Shown here: positions 29,490 through 39,428 of the stretch, piece after piece
Position numbering within the stretch: position 1 is the stretch's first letter
How the letters are laid out: each line of letters starts with the position of its first letter
DNA from: a virus
Direction: 5' to 3' (one strand)
Virus record (IMG/VR): IMGVR_UViG_3300029319_007985
Coordinates: 64,001-128,000 of that record
DNA: 64,000 nucleotides
Made by a program: the position numbers and the translations under genes
Notes under the pieces: model-generated
Seen by the model: the letters and a program-made list of their open reading frames with translations, nothing else
Databases searched by the model: none
What the model was told of the DNA's origin: nothing

Positions 29490-30748
29490 TGGAAGAAGAA
29501 AAAAAATATAAACCAGTAAACACAAACAAAGTGGCGGAGAACACTTCGCCGTTCAAAGGTGTGTTAGGTTGGCTAGATAACAGACTGCCAGTATTCAGGA
29601 TGTTCAAGCACGAATACTTGGACTTCCAAGTACCAAAAACTTTGACATACTTTTGGAGTTTTGGAGCAATATTGACATTTTGTTTATTAGGTCTAATTAT
29701 AACAGGCCTAATATTAGGAATGCATTATAAACCATCTACGGCAGAAGCATTTGACAGTGTTGAAAAAATTATGCGTGATGTCAACTACGGTTGGCTGATA
29801 AGGTACATGCATATGAACCTGGCGTCCTTTTTCTTTATTGCAGTCTATATACACATGTTCCGCGGATTATATTTTGGTTCTTACAAATCACCTCGAGAAC
29901 TTATGTGGATCTTAGGATTAATAATTTATTTCTTAATGGTGGCAACTGCATTTTTAGGATACACTTTGCCATGGGGGCAAATGAGTTTTTGGGGAGCAAC
30001 TGTTATAACAAGTTTATTTGGAGCAATACCTTATATTGGTGAAACTATAACACATTGGTTATGGGGCGCCTACGCAGTTGACGATCCAACATTAAACAGG
30101 TTTTATGTATTGCACTGGCTTATAGCATTTCTAATTGTGGGTGTTGTGTTGTTTCATGTTATTGCACTACACATGACCGGATCAAACAATCCAACAGGAG
30201 TTGAACCAAAAGACACTAGAGATACTGTAAGTTTTCATCCTTATGTCACAACAAAGGATTTATTTGCATTTTTAGTTTTTATTGTAATATTCGCGGCATT
30301 TTTATTTTTCATGCCTAACTATCTTGGACACCCTGACAACTATATAAAAGCCAATCCGTTAGTGACACCTGCACATATTGTACCTGAGTGGTATTTTTTA
30401 CCTTGGTACGCAGTGCTAAGAGCGATACCTGACAAACTAGGCGGAGTAATTGCAATGGTGTCAGCGATCGGCGTAATAGGTTTACTGCCATGGCTAGACA
30501 CTAGTAAGATAAGAAGTTCTATATATAGACCAGTCTGGAAACAGTTTGTTTGGATTTTGGTTGCGGACTTCTTCCTTCTAATGTACTGCGGTGCTATGCC
30601 GGCGGAACAACCATTTGTTCTTTTGAGTCAAATAGGTACAGCATATTGGTTCTTATTTTTCTTAGTAATTGCACCGGTTGTGGGTTGGACCGAGAAACCT
30701 ACACCTCCCCCTGCGGCTATTCACTTATACAAAAAATCTAAAAAATGA
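29489..30748 (+). CDS. petB: Cytochrome b of the bc1 complex, full length
   Basis: Two His pairs 14 residues apart (YMHMN/YIHMF, LHWL/LFHV), [18 protein letters not shown]. Confidence 0.96.
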   Translation: MEEEKKYKPVNTNKVAENTSPFKGVLGWLDNRLPVFRMFKHEYLDFQVPKTLTYFWSFGAILTFCLLGLIITGLILGMHYKPSTAEAFDSVEKIMRDVNYGWLIRYMHMNLASFFFIAVYIHMFRGLYFGSYKSPRELMWILGLIIYFLMVATAFLGYTLPWGQMSFWGATVITSLFGAIPYIGETITHWLWGAYAVDDPTLNRFYVLHWLIAFLIVGVVLFHVIALHMTGSNNPTGVEPKDTRDTVSFHPYVTTKDLFAFLVFIVIFAAFLFFMPNYLGHPDNYIKANPLVTPAHIVPEWYFLPWYAVLRAIPDKLGGVIAMVSAIGVIGLLPWLDTSKIRSSIYRPVWKQFVWILVADFFLLMYCGAMPAEQPFVLLSQIGTAYWFLFFLVIAPVVGWTEKPTPPPAAIHLYKKSKK

Positions 30749-30984
30749 CCGAATTTACTTGTGGTAAATGTGGAACCAATTTTAAGGATTGCGTTTATTG
30801 GTTTGATAGTTTATACTATGCTAAATTCGACCATAGAAAAATTATTCCTTTCTGTGGTCCTAAATGCGTAGACGAATGGCACAAAGAAAACAACGTAAAA
30901 GAATGGGAACTAAGAAAAGCACCTTATCCAAAAGGTCCAGAATGGCAAATGATTACAAACCTATACCCTGCCATGTTCCAATAG
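30745..30984 (+). CDS. Zinc-finger protein
   Basis: CGKC and FCGPKC. Confidence 0.6.
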   Translation: MTEFTCGKCGTNFKDCVYWFDSLYYAKFDHRKIIPFCGPKCVDEWHKENNVKEWELRKAPYPKGPEWQMITNLYPAMFQ

Positions 30985-31334
30985 AAAAACTAGTCACTCT
31001 GGCAGAACTAGGACTTGGAGTAGAAAGGCCACTTAATTCAGAAAAAAGAAAGTGGATAGCCAAACTAGCAAAGGAAGGCAGTGACCAACCTATTCTTGTC
31101 ACTCCAATAAAAGACTCCGGATACTTTGTGTTGGCAGATGGTTGGCATAGGGTACAAGCCGCAAAAAAGAAAAACAAGAAAAAAATCTACGCACTACAAG
31201 TTCCTGTGAGGGTAGGACTTACAATGGCAAAAGTAAACAAAATATTACGGGACATCGATAAAGAATTTGATTACAAACTTGACACTAGTGGTGTTGTGGC
31301 TCACTGGGCAGTTATGCAATCAATGTTATACTAA
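30942..31334 (+). CDS. ParB/Srx N-terminal-like domain protein
   Basis: PILV...LADGWHRVQAA. Confidence 0.7.
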   Translation: MANDYKPIPCHVPIEKLVTLAELGLGVERPLNSEKRKWIAKLAKEGSDQPILVTPIKDSGYFVLADGWHRVQAAKKKNKKKIYALQVPVRVGLTMAKVNKILRDIDKEFDYKLDTSGVVAHWAVMQSMLY

Positions 31335-31342
31335 GGAGGAAA

Positions 31343-31462
31343 ATGAAGATAACCAAGAAAGCAAAAACAATAGCACAAACTAAAAGGACTTTAGCAGGAC
31401 TAATATCGATAGGCTTTGTCCTTTTGATGGTCGCAGTTTTACTAAACCAACTACAAAGATAG
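31343..31462 (+). CDS. Single-TM micro-protein, 39 aa
   Basis: AAGGAGG SD; read manually. Confidence 0.6.
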   Translation: MKITKKAKTIAQTKRTLAGLISIGFVLLMVAVLLNQLQR

Positions 31463-31463
31463 T

Positions 31464-31547
31464 ATGAATCAAATATTACCTTTTGCATTAGCAGTGATAA
31501 TCACGGTGGCTGTTATTTTGGCCATTGTGTATTATGTGCCAATGTAG
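31464..31547 (+). CDS. Single-TM micro-protein, 27 aa
   Basis: MNQILPFALAVIITVAVILAIVYYVPM fills the gap. Confidence 0.5.
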   Translation: MNQILPFALAVIITVAVILAIVYYVPM

Positions 31548-31558
31548 TATAATGAATT

Positions 31559-32485
31559 ATGAAAGAACTTTGGGTAGAAAAATATAGACCGGACACACTG
31601 AAAGACTACGTCGTCAGAGACGAAGCACAAAGACTACAGATCGGCGCATGGATAAAAGAAGGAGCGATCCCGCACTTACTATTATCAGGTGCTCCTGGTG
31701 TGGGTAAGACAACACTTGCAAAAATACTTTTTAACGAACTAAAAGTAGATGGCTATGACATACTTGAAATAAACGCTTCGAGAGAAAACAGTGTAGACAC
31801 GGTGAGAGATAAAATTATCAACTTTGTGCAAATTATGCCATTTGGTTCGTTCAAGTATGTTTTGTTGGATGAAGCAGACTATATTACTCCAAACGGTCAG
31901 GCGGCACTGCGTGGCGTGATGGAGACATATCACACGTCAGCAAGATTCATATTGACATGCAACTATCCCAACAGAATCATTCCTGCACTGCATTCAAGAT
32001 GTCAAGGCTTCCATATCGAGACCATTGACAAGAATGAATTTACCGCAAGAGTGGCTACGATATTGATTGAAGAGAAGGTTGAGCAGGACATCGATACATT
32101 AGACACTTATGTAAAAGCAACTTATCCAGATCTTAGAAAATGTATAAACATGGTGCAGATGAACACACGTGATGGCAAACTAGTCCCGCCAGCAAAAGGT
32201 GACTCTCATCAGCAAGACTACAGATTAAAAATGGTCGAACTCTTCAAAGCAGGAAAAATTAATGAAGCAAGAAAACTGGTATGTGCCCAGGCAAGACCAG
32301 AAGAGTGCGAAGAGATATACAGATGGTTGTATGATAATCTTGATATAATTTCAACGGACGAAGACTCTCAAGACAAAGCAATACTAATAATCAAACAAGG
32401 ACTAGTTGATCATTCATTTGTTGCAGATCCAGAAATAAATCTAGCAAGTGTTATGATTAAACTGGCCAGACTGCAAAGTGCATGA
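31559..32485 (+). CDS. Clamp loader ATPase (RFC/gp44-like)
   Basis: WVEKYRP, GAPGVGKTT, LDEAD, SRC. Confidence 0.93.
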   Translation: MKELWVEKYRPDTLKDYVVRDEAQRLQIGAWIKEGAIPHLLLSGAPGVGKTTLAKILFNELKVDGYDILEINASRENSVDTVRDKIINFVQIMPFGSFKYVLLDEADYITPNGQAALRGVMETYHTSARFILTCNYPNRIIPALHSRCQGFHIETIDKNEFTARVATILIEEKVEQDIDTLDTYVKATYPDLRKCINMVQMNTRDGKLVPPAKGDSHQQDYRLKMVELFKAGKINEARKLVCAQARPEECEEIYRWLYDNLDIISTDEDSQDKAILIIKQGLVDHSFVADPEINLASVMIKLARLQSA

Positions 32486-32592
32486 TAAAAAAATTAATTA
32501 GATTCCTGGACAATTTACCTTTAATAAAAGCACCGGCATACTTTTTAGCCGCGGTTGGCGTTGTACTTGTAATCTTGACAATGGTGTTATGA
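32482..32592 (+). CDS. Single-TM micro-protein, 36 aa
   Basis: ATGA overlaps at both ends. Confidence 0.55.
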   Translation: MIKKLIRFLDNLPLIKAPAYFLAAVGVVLVILTMVL

Positions 32593-32843
32593 AGATACGA
32601 TACTACAAAAACATAGATGGATGGAGATGGCTGGGTTTCCTTTTGGCCATGATCGGTGCATTCATATTATCAAACGCCAATGTTGATACACAATGGATGG
32701 GTTGGGCCATAGCAACATGCAGTTGTTCAATTTGGATATACATGGGGATCAAAGATAAAGACACGCCGAGGGCGTTGATGGAACTAATGTATCTGTTATT
32801 GGCAGTGCGGGCAATTTGGAATTGGTTGGGCAATGGGTACTAA
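32589..32843 (+). CDS. Three-TM membrane protein
   Basis: Three hydrophobic segments; similar layout to 56656..56937. Confidence 0.6.
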   Translation: MKIRYYKNIDGWRWLGFLLAMIGAFILSNANVDTQWMGWAIATCSCSIWIYMGIKDKDTPRALMELMYLLLAVRAIWNWLGNGY

Positions 32844-33099
32844 ACACAATAAAAAAAGATATCTAGTTGTAAAATATAAGGCTAAACCGGATAAAAAATT
32901 TGACGAATTAGTTGAGATGTCTAAGAAAAAAATTGGCGCAGGAAAAATGGCCGAAGCCGCAATAGTTTTAGATTTACAAAATCAAAAAGTGTTAAAGTGC
33001 AACCTACCTGGGGTAGATGAAAATATAGAATACGGAAAAGTTTATGCGCATTTCCAAAAATATTATGGAGATGCTATTTCTGAATTCATGAAGAGTTAG
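32833..33099 (+). CDS. Hypothetical phage protein
   Basis: Coupled ORF. Confidence 0.6.
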   Translation: MGTKHNKKRYLVVKYKAKPDKKFDELVEMSKKKIGAGKMAEAAIVLDLQNQKVLKCNLPGVDENIEYGKVYAHFQKYYGDAISEFMKS

Positions 33100-33101
33100 A
33101 T

Positions 33102-33329
33102 CTAAAAATAATTACTATACCTATATTTCAACATTGCCAATCTTTTTGCCTTCCATATTTTTGTCAACACTCTCCTTCTACGCCTATCTTTTTGTTTTCT
33201 TATTCTTAACCAATTTTCGTTCAACATATATAATCGGATCCTTTTGTCGTAGACCCTTTTTTTCTTCATCATTCTCCAAAGTTTCCTCTGAAACAATGGC
33301 CGCATTTGTAGGCTGTTATAAAATAGCAT
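33102..33329 (-). CDS. Arg/Lys-rich small protein
   Basis: AAGGA SD; minus-strand TAAATA at 33392-33397. Confidence 0.5.
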   Translation of the reverse strand: MLFYNSLQMRPLFQRKLWRMMKKKRVYDKRIRLYMLNENWLRIRKQKDRRRRRVLTKIWKAKRLAMLKYRYSNYF

Positions 33330-33461
33330 AAGATTTCCTTTGATTTTTTTGGTGATAATTTTTGTCTTTATTTCGAGACATTTGATAAAAGTATTTACAG
33401 GGCAACATGCGGAGTAATAATAGCATAATTGCCGCTAGGCATTTTTGAACTAAATATAATC

Positions 33462-33914
33462 ATGCATGATGTTTTAGACATAATCCGTAATGTACAGTCG
33501 TTATACGCAATATCGCCTAGTCTAGGAATATTAAAAGATTTCGAAAGAGTCATAGATGAACTGGACGTGTATGTTTTTAAAAATTGGGAAAATGGAGAAT
33601 TATTAGAAGGCCCTATAGATAGTAGACATTTTGTCACCTGTAGTTTCATGTGGCCTGAAGATCAAATGCCAGACCCTAGCGGTGGAAAAAGATTACTTGA
33701 TAGGGGTTGTAAAGTAACCTATAAAAAAGACATCCTATTCAAACCAAGACCTATAAAGAAGCCTGACGATTATAGACCAGGAACCGTAAAAGGTAAAATT
33801 GACGGACATGACATATGGGTAGTAGAAATACGTATGCCAAAAGAACTTATTGCCAATTTCAAGTACAGCACAAAAGGCCAAGAAGCCACCCAAGAAGAAA
33901 GTGAAGAAATCTAG
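33462..33914 (+). CDS. Hypothetical phage protein (start moved to 33462)
   Basis: TAAATA at 33451, ATG after 5 nt. Confidence 0.7.
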   Translation: MHDVLDIIRNVQSLYAISPSLGILKDFERVIDELDVYVFKNWENGELLEGPIDSRHFVTCSFMWPEDQMPDPSGGKRLLDRGCKVTYKKDILFKPRPIKKPDDYRPGTVKGKIDGHDIWVVEIRMPKELIANFKYSTKGQEATQEESEEI

Positions 33915-34652
33915 ATGAATATACAAGAAGGATTGAAAGCAGGTGATCTAGAAGGGATAGTTGAAAAACAATTTACAGTAGATCAATTTAAAAGCAAAAT
34001 GGGAGAAGACAAAGATGTTTGTGTTTTATCTTTTACTTGCAACAGTCAAAATGGAGCAAAAGATTTAGAGTCGTTTGCGGAAAAAGGATACAAAACAATA
34101 CTAGATGCTGACGCTACTCCAGGCACAATGGAGGACGGAAAATATAAAGTTTTTATAGAATTTCCTAGAGATGAAAAATTGGCCCCTGCTATAACAGAAT
34201 TTTTGAATGATCTCAAAAAATTAACAAACATAGAAAATTTTACGTATACCTATCATAAAGGATCTGTGCCAGTCGATGCTATAGGAGAAAATTTAATGGC
34301 ATTGCCTAATTCTGCTGATTCTTATACACAAAAAATACAGGGTCTAAGAATGGGCGAAACAAGAAAATTTTTTGATAAATTTGACATGATGGAAATGAAA
34401 CTGGAAGAAAACATCATGAGCATCAAAAAAAATGGGCAACATGAAACTTTGAAATTTGAAATACACAATTTTGGGTCAACAGATTCAATAATAAAAGAGA
34501 CCAAGTCATTCATGATTGATTCCAATTCAATGGCCGAAGTCATGCATCTTACCAAATACTTTGGACCTTACGATATTACCAAGACAAATGAAAACAAATT
34601 CATTTTCAGCAACGCTGGGGAGTCTGCGGTATTAAGTAAGTACAAATGGTAA
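33915..34652 (+). CDS. Hypothetical phage protein, possibly processed (MNIQE|G)
   Basis: 245-aa ORF. Confidence 0.65.
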   Translation: MNIQEGLKAGDLEGIVEKQFTVDQFKSKMGEDKDVCVLSFTCNSQNGAKDLESFAEKGYKTILDADATPGTMEDGKYKVFIEFPRDEKLAPAITEFLNDLKKLTNIENFTYTYHKGSVPVDAIGENLMALPNSADSYTQKIQGLRMGETRKFFDKFDMMEMKLEENIMSIKKNGQHETLKFEIHNFGSTDSIIKETKSFMIDSNSMAEVMHLTKYFGPYDITKTNENKFIFSNAGESAVLSKYKW

Positions 34653-35110
34653 GATTATCAAAGAACTTTACTTTACAAGAATTTACAAAAAGCCAAACAG
34701 CAATCAGGCAAGGCATAGACAATACTCCCGGTGATGTACATCTAAACAATGCAAAAGTGCTCTTTGAGAAAGTTGTGCAACCTGTAAGAAATAATTTTGG
34801 AGTCACTGTTATCAATTCAGGCTATAGAGGCCCTGCCTTGAATGAGGCGGTAGGTGGTTCAAGCAATTCACAACACTGCAAAGGTGAAGCAGTAGATATA
34901 GAATGTCCAGGAACTAGCAACTATGATGTGGCAAGTTGGATAGCAGAAAATTTAGATTTCGACCAACTGATATTAGAATTTTACACTCCAGGCATACCCG
35001 ATTCTGGCTGGGTACACGTTTCATACAAGGCAGAAGGAAATAGAAAATCTATACTTACAGCAATGAAAGAAAACGGAAAGACAGTATACAAGCCTGGTCT
35101 TATAGAATAA
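34646..35110 (+). CDS. Peptidase M15A, probable endolysin
   Basis: LSKNFTLQEF, SGYR, SQHCKGEAVD, WVHVS. Confidence 0.88.
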   Translation: MVRLSKNFTLQEFTKSQTAIRQGIDNTPGDVHLNNAKVLFEKVVQPVRNNFGVTVINSGYRGPALNEAVGGSSNSQHCKGEAVDIECPGTSNYDVASWIAENLDFDQLILEFYTPGIPDSGWVHVSYKAEGNRKSILTAMKENGKTVYKPGLIE

Positions 35111-35978
35111 TTCTTTTATCCCATTTTCTAGCAAAACATAAACGATTAACTTTTGTGCCTCTTTCGTATTCAGGATATCTATTATTCTTATCAAGTCCAA
35201 ATATCACGCAAGACGACGTATCCAAGCCTAATTTTTTGCACTCATCCGATTGCATTTTTTTATATTTGTCATAAAGCCAATTATTTTTGAATTTCTTAAT
35301 GAGTTCGTGCCCAATGTGAATACTTTGTAAATTTATGTAATTGTTTTCATTGTATGCAAACAAAGTATCATCGTAAAAATTTTGTCTAAAACGAATGCCT
35401 ATTCTGTTATGTTCTACAGGAAACACCTTGCTTAACGATGTGCATATTACCTCAATACACTTATATTCCAAATTAAGTTCTTGTATATTTGATATGTTTA
35501 TGTAAGCCATATCCAGCATTACCGGAACCTGCAATGCCTCGCATCTGTCGAGTATTGAATAAAAATTTTCAGGTATATTGCCTGTGTTTGAGAATGGACA
35601 ACTCATTACTACAACATCTCCCTTGGCTATGTCATTATGATCAAGAACTAAAACATTGTTGAAATAATTGCGGGCCACAAGCCAATGAAAAAAATATTCA
35701 CCTTTCAATAATCTTAATCTTTTGTCTAAGTGGCCTAAATAAAAATGCATGAAAGTTTCTGTGGTACCAGCACTGAAATCAACGTGCTTATAATTTTCGA
35801 GGCCCGAAAATTTTTTTCCTTCTTGGATCCAGTCCTTATACTCTGTTAAAAACTTTCTACGATCCCCTTGCTTAGTGTGTATATTCTTTATAAAATTTAC
35901 AGATTCAATGTCATGAATACTCCATGCTCCACCGTACTTTTTATCACGTAATGGGGATAAAACTTTTTGTTGTTCCAT
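35100..35978 (-). CDS. PLP-dependent aminotransferase-like protein
   Basis: PFSNTG, LDMAY, SLSK, RIG; minus-strand TAAATA at 35985-35990. Confidence 0.65.
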   Translation of the reverse strand: MEQQKVLSPLRDKKYGGAWSIHDIESVNFIKNIHTKQGDRRKFLTEYKDWIQEGKKFSGLENYKHVDFSAGTTETFMHFYLGHLDKRLRLLKGEYFFHWLVARNYFNNVLVLDHNDIAKGDVVVMSCPFSNTGNIPENFYSILDRCEALQVPVMLDMAYINISNIQELNLEYKCIEVICTSLSKVFPVEHNRIGIRFRQNFYDDTLFAYNENNYINLQSIHIGHELIKKFKNNWLYDKYKKMQSDECKKLGLDTSSCVIFGLDKNNRYPEYERGTKVNRLCFARKWDKRIIL

Positions 35979-36019
35979 GAACAATATTTAATTCATAATA
36001 TACGCCGATAAATATTATC

Positions 36020-36496
36020 ATGATATTTGGAAAAATTAAGATGCTAATAACAGTCCTTATGATTACTGGACTGGCAGGAGCAGGCATGTATGTGATGAAA
36101 CTAAGATCCGACAATGCTGTTTTGAAAGCAAATCAAGTAAAACTGGAAACTGCAATCTCAGAACAAACAAAAGTCCTTGAACAACAGAAAAAAGATTTTC
36201 AAGCAATAATGGAGAGCAATAAAAAACTTAATTTGCTAGTAGGCACATTCAAAAAAGACCTAGATGATCTTGATAAAAGATTTACTAAAAAGAATAGAGA
36301 CATAGGAAAACTTTCAATCAAAAGGACAGAGTCAATGGAAAGAATCATTAACAAAGGTGGCAAGAACGCGGCTAGATGTATTGAGTTGGCATCAGGTGCA
36401 GAACACACCGAAGAAGAATTGAAGGCCACCCTGAAGTCACAAATTAATCCTGAGTGCCCTGCACTTGCAAATCCAAACTTTGTACACTATGAATAA
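36020..36496 (+). CDS. Inner-membrane spanin (Rz-like)
   Basis: N-terminal TM, long coiled coil, C-terminal Cys; overlaps lipoprotein gene. Confidence 0.65.
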   Translation: MIFGKIKMLITVLMITGLAGAGMYVMKLRSDNAVLKANQVKLETAISEQTKVLEQQKKDFQAIMESNKKLNLLVGTFKKDLDDLDKRFTKKNRDIGKLSIKRTESMERIINKGGKNAARCIELASGAEHTEEELKATLKSQINPECPALANPNFVHYE

Positions 36497-36851
36497 AATT
36501 TTAGCAATATTATCTATACTTTTACTGACCGGTTGTAGCATCGGTGGGGAGAAAAAGATTAAGATATTCTCAGTTGAAAAGCCGAGAGAAAAATTAGACT
36601 ACCCTATGCCTACTCCTCTGCAGATGGAACAGATAAAATGGATCATAATAACAAGTGAAAATGCCGAAGAAGTATTCAAGAAACTTGAAGAGGCCGGAAT
36701 AGATCCTGTGCTGTTTGGCATCACTGACAAAGACTTCCAAGTGTTAGCAAGAAATTTCGCTCAGATTAGACAAAAATTACAAGAGACGAATAATCTATTG
36801 CAGGAATATAAAAAATACTATGAAGGAGAAAATGGCAACAAGAGTAATTGA
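36489..36851 (+). CDS. Outer-membrane spanin lipoprotein (Rz1-like)
   Basis: MNKILAILSILLLTG-C lipobox; Pro-rich segment. Confidence 0.7.
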   Translation: MNKILAILSILLLTGCSIGGEKKIKIFSVEKPREKLDYPMPTPLQMEQIKWIIITSENAEEVFKKLEEAGIDPVLFGITDKDFQVLARNFAQIRQKLQETNNLLQEYKKYYEGENGNKSN

Positions 36852-37578
36852 TGATGTCATTTCTTCAAGCCAAAGACAACAAATCTGCAACTGGCTAGAC
36901 CAAAAAGACCAATATCTTGACGTTAGACCAGATGTCACCTCAAAGACGCCAAAGTTTGATGACAAAGACTGGCCACGGGCCACTATCAAAAATGCATTGG
37001 ACCATGTGCTAGACAAAGCATATAAAGTCGAAGAAGTAATATTTTTTAAGGCAAAGGGTGCGTTTAGATTACACGTGGACAGTGCCAACGGTGAAGACAA
37101 CCTTTACAAGGTCATAATATTTCCCTTAAAAATTTCAGGCCCATCATCTACTGTTATTTTTGACAACCACTGGTATGGTCCCAGCGGTAAGTTTAGCAAG
37201 AAAGAAATTCCACAATATGAGTATACATTGAACCTTGGAACAGAAAAAATATATATTCCCGATATGAGAGAATACAAAACCAATGATTCAAAAATTAGGG
37301 CATTGCTGGACGAACTTATAGAAAAAAGAAAAAAGGTAGACGGAAGACACTACGATTACAGTAAGATAAAAAACCTTAATAATAAACCATTCGATAAAAA
37401 TATACACAAAAAATACATGGATCACATTCCATATGAAAACCTTCACGGTCTCACTGTTGAAAAAATAGTGGATTGGCAGGAAGGTTCTGCCTTTACTTTT
37501 GACCGAACACAGATACACTGCGGCACCAACACCCATAATGAAAAGGTGTTTTGTACCGTGTTTACTTTTTTAGCATAG
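36832..37578 (+). CDS. 2OG-Fe(II) oxygenase-like protein
   Basis: LHVDS and FDRTQIHC (HxD...H). Confidence 0.55.
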   Translation: MATRVIDDVISSSQRQQICNWLDQKDQYLDVRPDVTSKTPKFDDKDWPRATIKNALDHVLDKAYKVEEVIFFKAKGAFRLHVDSANGEDNLYKVIIFPLKISGPSSTVIFDNHWYGPSGKFSKKEIPQYEYTLNLGTEKIYIPDMREYKTNDSKIRALLDELIEKRKKVDGRHYDYSKIKNLNNKPFDKNIHKKYMDHIPYENLHGLTVEKIVDWQEGSAFTFDRTQIHCGTNTHNEKVFCTVFTFLA

Positions 37579-37614
37579 TATATTTGCTAAATACTCCTAT
37601 ATAATAAGGAACTT

Positions 37615-38205
37615 ATGGAATTTATAGTAGCACTAGCAACAAAATTTTGGCAATGGACCGTACTGATAGCAGTTGTAATAATTGGCGCAATTATCAACTT
37701 CACAGACAAAAGAAAGAAAACAAAACTTAAATTTTCTTACACAGAACTGCCACATTTGAAACCAATAAAAATTGCTACCAAGGGCAAAGGTTTTTGGAAA
37801 GGTATAGTGATGTGGTTGCTATCAACACGTAATTGGCAAATTACAAAAGACTGGCACTACACAATAGACGGGATAGATTATGTGATTCCAGCAGGATTTA
37901 CTTTTGATGGTGCAAGTATTCCTAAATTTTTAAGAACATTCTTTTCTCCGGTTGGTGTTTTACTTGTCGGCGGACTTGTGCATGATTATGCATACAAGTA
38001 TCAAACACTTTTATGTAAAAACAAAAAATCTACAATGGGTATTATAAGCCAAGCAAGAGCAGATCAAATATTCAGAGATATAAACATTAATGTAAATGGA
38101 TTTTATGTTATGAATTATCTATCATACTATTCACTAAGGATAGGTGGCTTTGTGGCATGGAATGGTCACAGAAAAAGAAATAGCAAGATAGAAGGCGTAG
38201 AATAA
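37615..38205 (+). CDS. DUF1353-family protein
   Basis: IPAGFTFDGASIP, VHDYAY, ADQIF. Confidence 0.82.
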   Translation: MEFIVALATKFWQWTVLIAVVIIGAIINFTDKRKKTKLKFSYTELPHLKPIKIATKGKGFWKGIVMWLLSTRNWQITKDWHYTIDGIDYVIPAGFTFDGASIPKFLRTFFSPVGVLLVGGLVHDYAYKYQTLLCKNKKSTMGIISQARADQIFRDININVNGFYVMNYLSYYSLRIGGFVAWNGHRKRNSKIEGVE

Positions 38206-38540
38206 TGGCCGAGTTGAAAGAAGATAAATTAGTAGTTCCAGCAGACAAAAACCAAGCAAGTAAAAAAGTAAAACTTGAACTAGAAGTAGACTCAAGTGCA
38301 AAAGATCTTGGTCCTAATCCATATGCAAAACTTATACATCTGGCAAGAGCCGTTGATGCTTGGAGAATATTTCCAAGATTATTCTTAACAGTTTACATAG
38401 TTCTACTATACAAGTGTGTCATTTGGTACATGAACTTACCAAGTCCTACAATGGAACAATCAGGATTAATTAGTATTGTGGTAGGTGCCGGGGCGGCATG
38501 GTTCGGATTGTACACTGGATCTAGCAAAAAAATCAAATAA
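38205..38540 (+). CDS. Two-TM holin-like protein
   Basis: DAWRIFPR, two TMs, basic tail, near spanins. Confidence 0.45.
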   Translation: MAELKEDKLVVPADKNQASKKVKLELEVDSSAKDLGPNPYAKLIHLARAVDAWRIFPRLFLTVYIVLLYKCVIWYMNLPSPTMEQSGLISIVVGAGAAWFGLYTGSSKKIK

Positions 38541-38542
38541 CA

Positions 38543-38570
38543 TTGACAGATTTCCAATCTGTAGTAAAAT
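38543..38570 (+). promoter_or_regulatory. Sigma70-type promoter for dnaJ-aox
   Basis: TTGACA-N16-TAAAAT; ATG follows after 6 nt. Confidence 0.75.
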
Positions 38571-38576
38571 AAATTA

Positions 38577-39428
38577 ATGAAAGACTATTATAAAATTCTT
38601 GGGGTATCCGAGGATGCATCTGCGGATGAAATAAAAAAAGCATTTAGGAAACTGGCCGTAAAGCATCACCCTGACCGAGGTGGAAATGAATTAAAATTTA
38701 AAGAGGCCAACGAAGCATACGATACCCTTAAAAACAAAAGTAAAAGACAAGAATACGATACACTGAGAAAGTATGGTAGTAACTTTGGCGGACAAGGTTC
38801 TGGTTTCCGATTCACATCAGGAAACTTTGATGAATTTTTTGGAGGTGATTTCTTTGAAGAATTTATGAGTGGCATGGGTGGAATGGGACGTAGACCTAAT
38901 TACAGGGCAAGGCCAAGAAACAATAAAGATGTTTCAATAAGGATTAATCTTAGTATTAAAGAAGTGATGCAAAGTGTTAAAAGAACAATAAGTGTAAAAC
39001 TGCCTAGTGGTCGAGATGAGATAGTAGATGTGAAGATAGGAGCAGGAGTGCAAAGTGGAGTTGTGTTCAAATATGCTGGACTGGGTGATGACACTGATAA
39101 AAATTTGCCAAGAGGAAATTTATTGATCCGAGTAACAGTGTTAGATTCTGATGGCTTTACACGAAAAGGAAATGATTTATGGACGGACAAAAGGATAGAT
39201 GCTTTTCAGGCCATGAGAGGTTGTGAATTTACTATACGTGATTTACAGGACAATGTTGTAAAGGTACATGTGCCTGCTGGTACTCAACCAGGAAGTGTTT
39301 TACAATTAAAAAGCAAAGGAATGCCGGTCCATGAGACTTTGTCGATACGTGGTAACATGTATATCAAAATACATGTCACTATACCTAAACTTAATGAATC
39401 AGAATTAAATAAAATAAAAGACTTATGA
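38577..39428 (+). CDS. dnaJ: Class B DnaJ (CbpA-like, no zinc finger)
   Basis: [13 protein letters not shown] region, C-terminal domain. Confidence 0.9.
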   Translation: MKDYYKILGVSEDASADEIKKAFRKLAVKHHPDRGGNELKFKEANEAYDTLKNKSKRQEYDTLRKYGSNFGGQGSGFRFTSGNFDEFFGGDFFEEFMSGMGGMGRRPNYRARPRNNKDVSIRINLSIKEVMQSVKRTISVKLPSGRDEIVDVKIGAGVQSGVVFKYAGLGDDTDKNLPRGNLLIRVTVLDSDGFTRKGNDLWTDKRIDAFQAMRGCEFTIRDLQDNVVKVHVPAGTQPGSVLQLKSKGMPVHETLSIRGNMYIKIHVTIPKLNESELNKIKDL

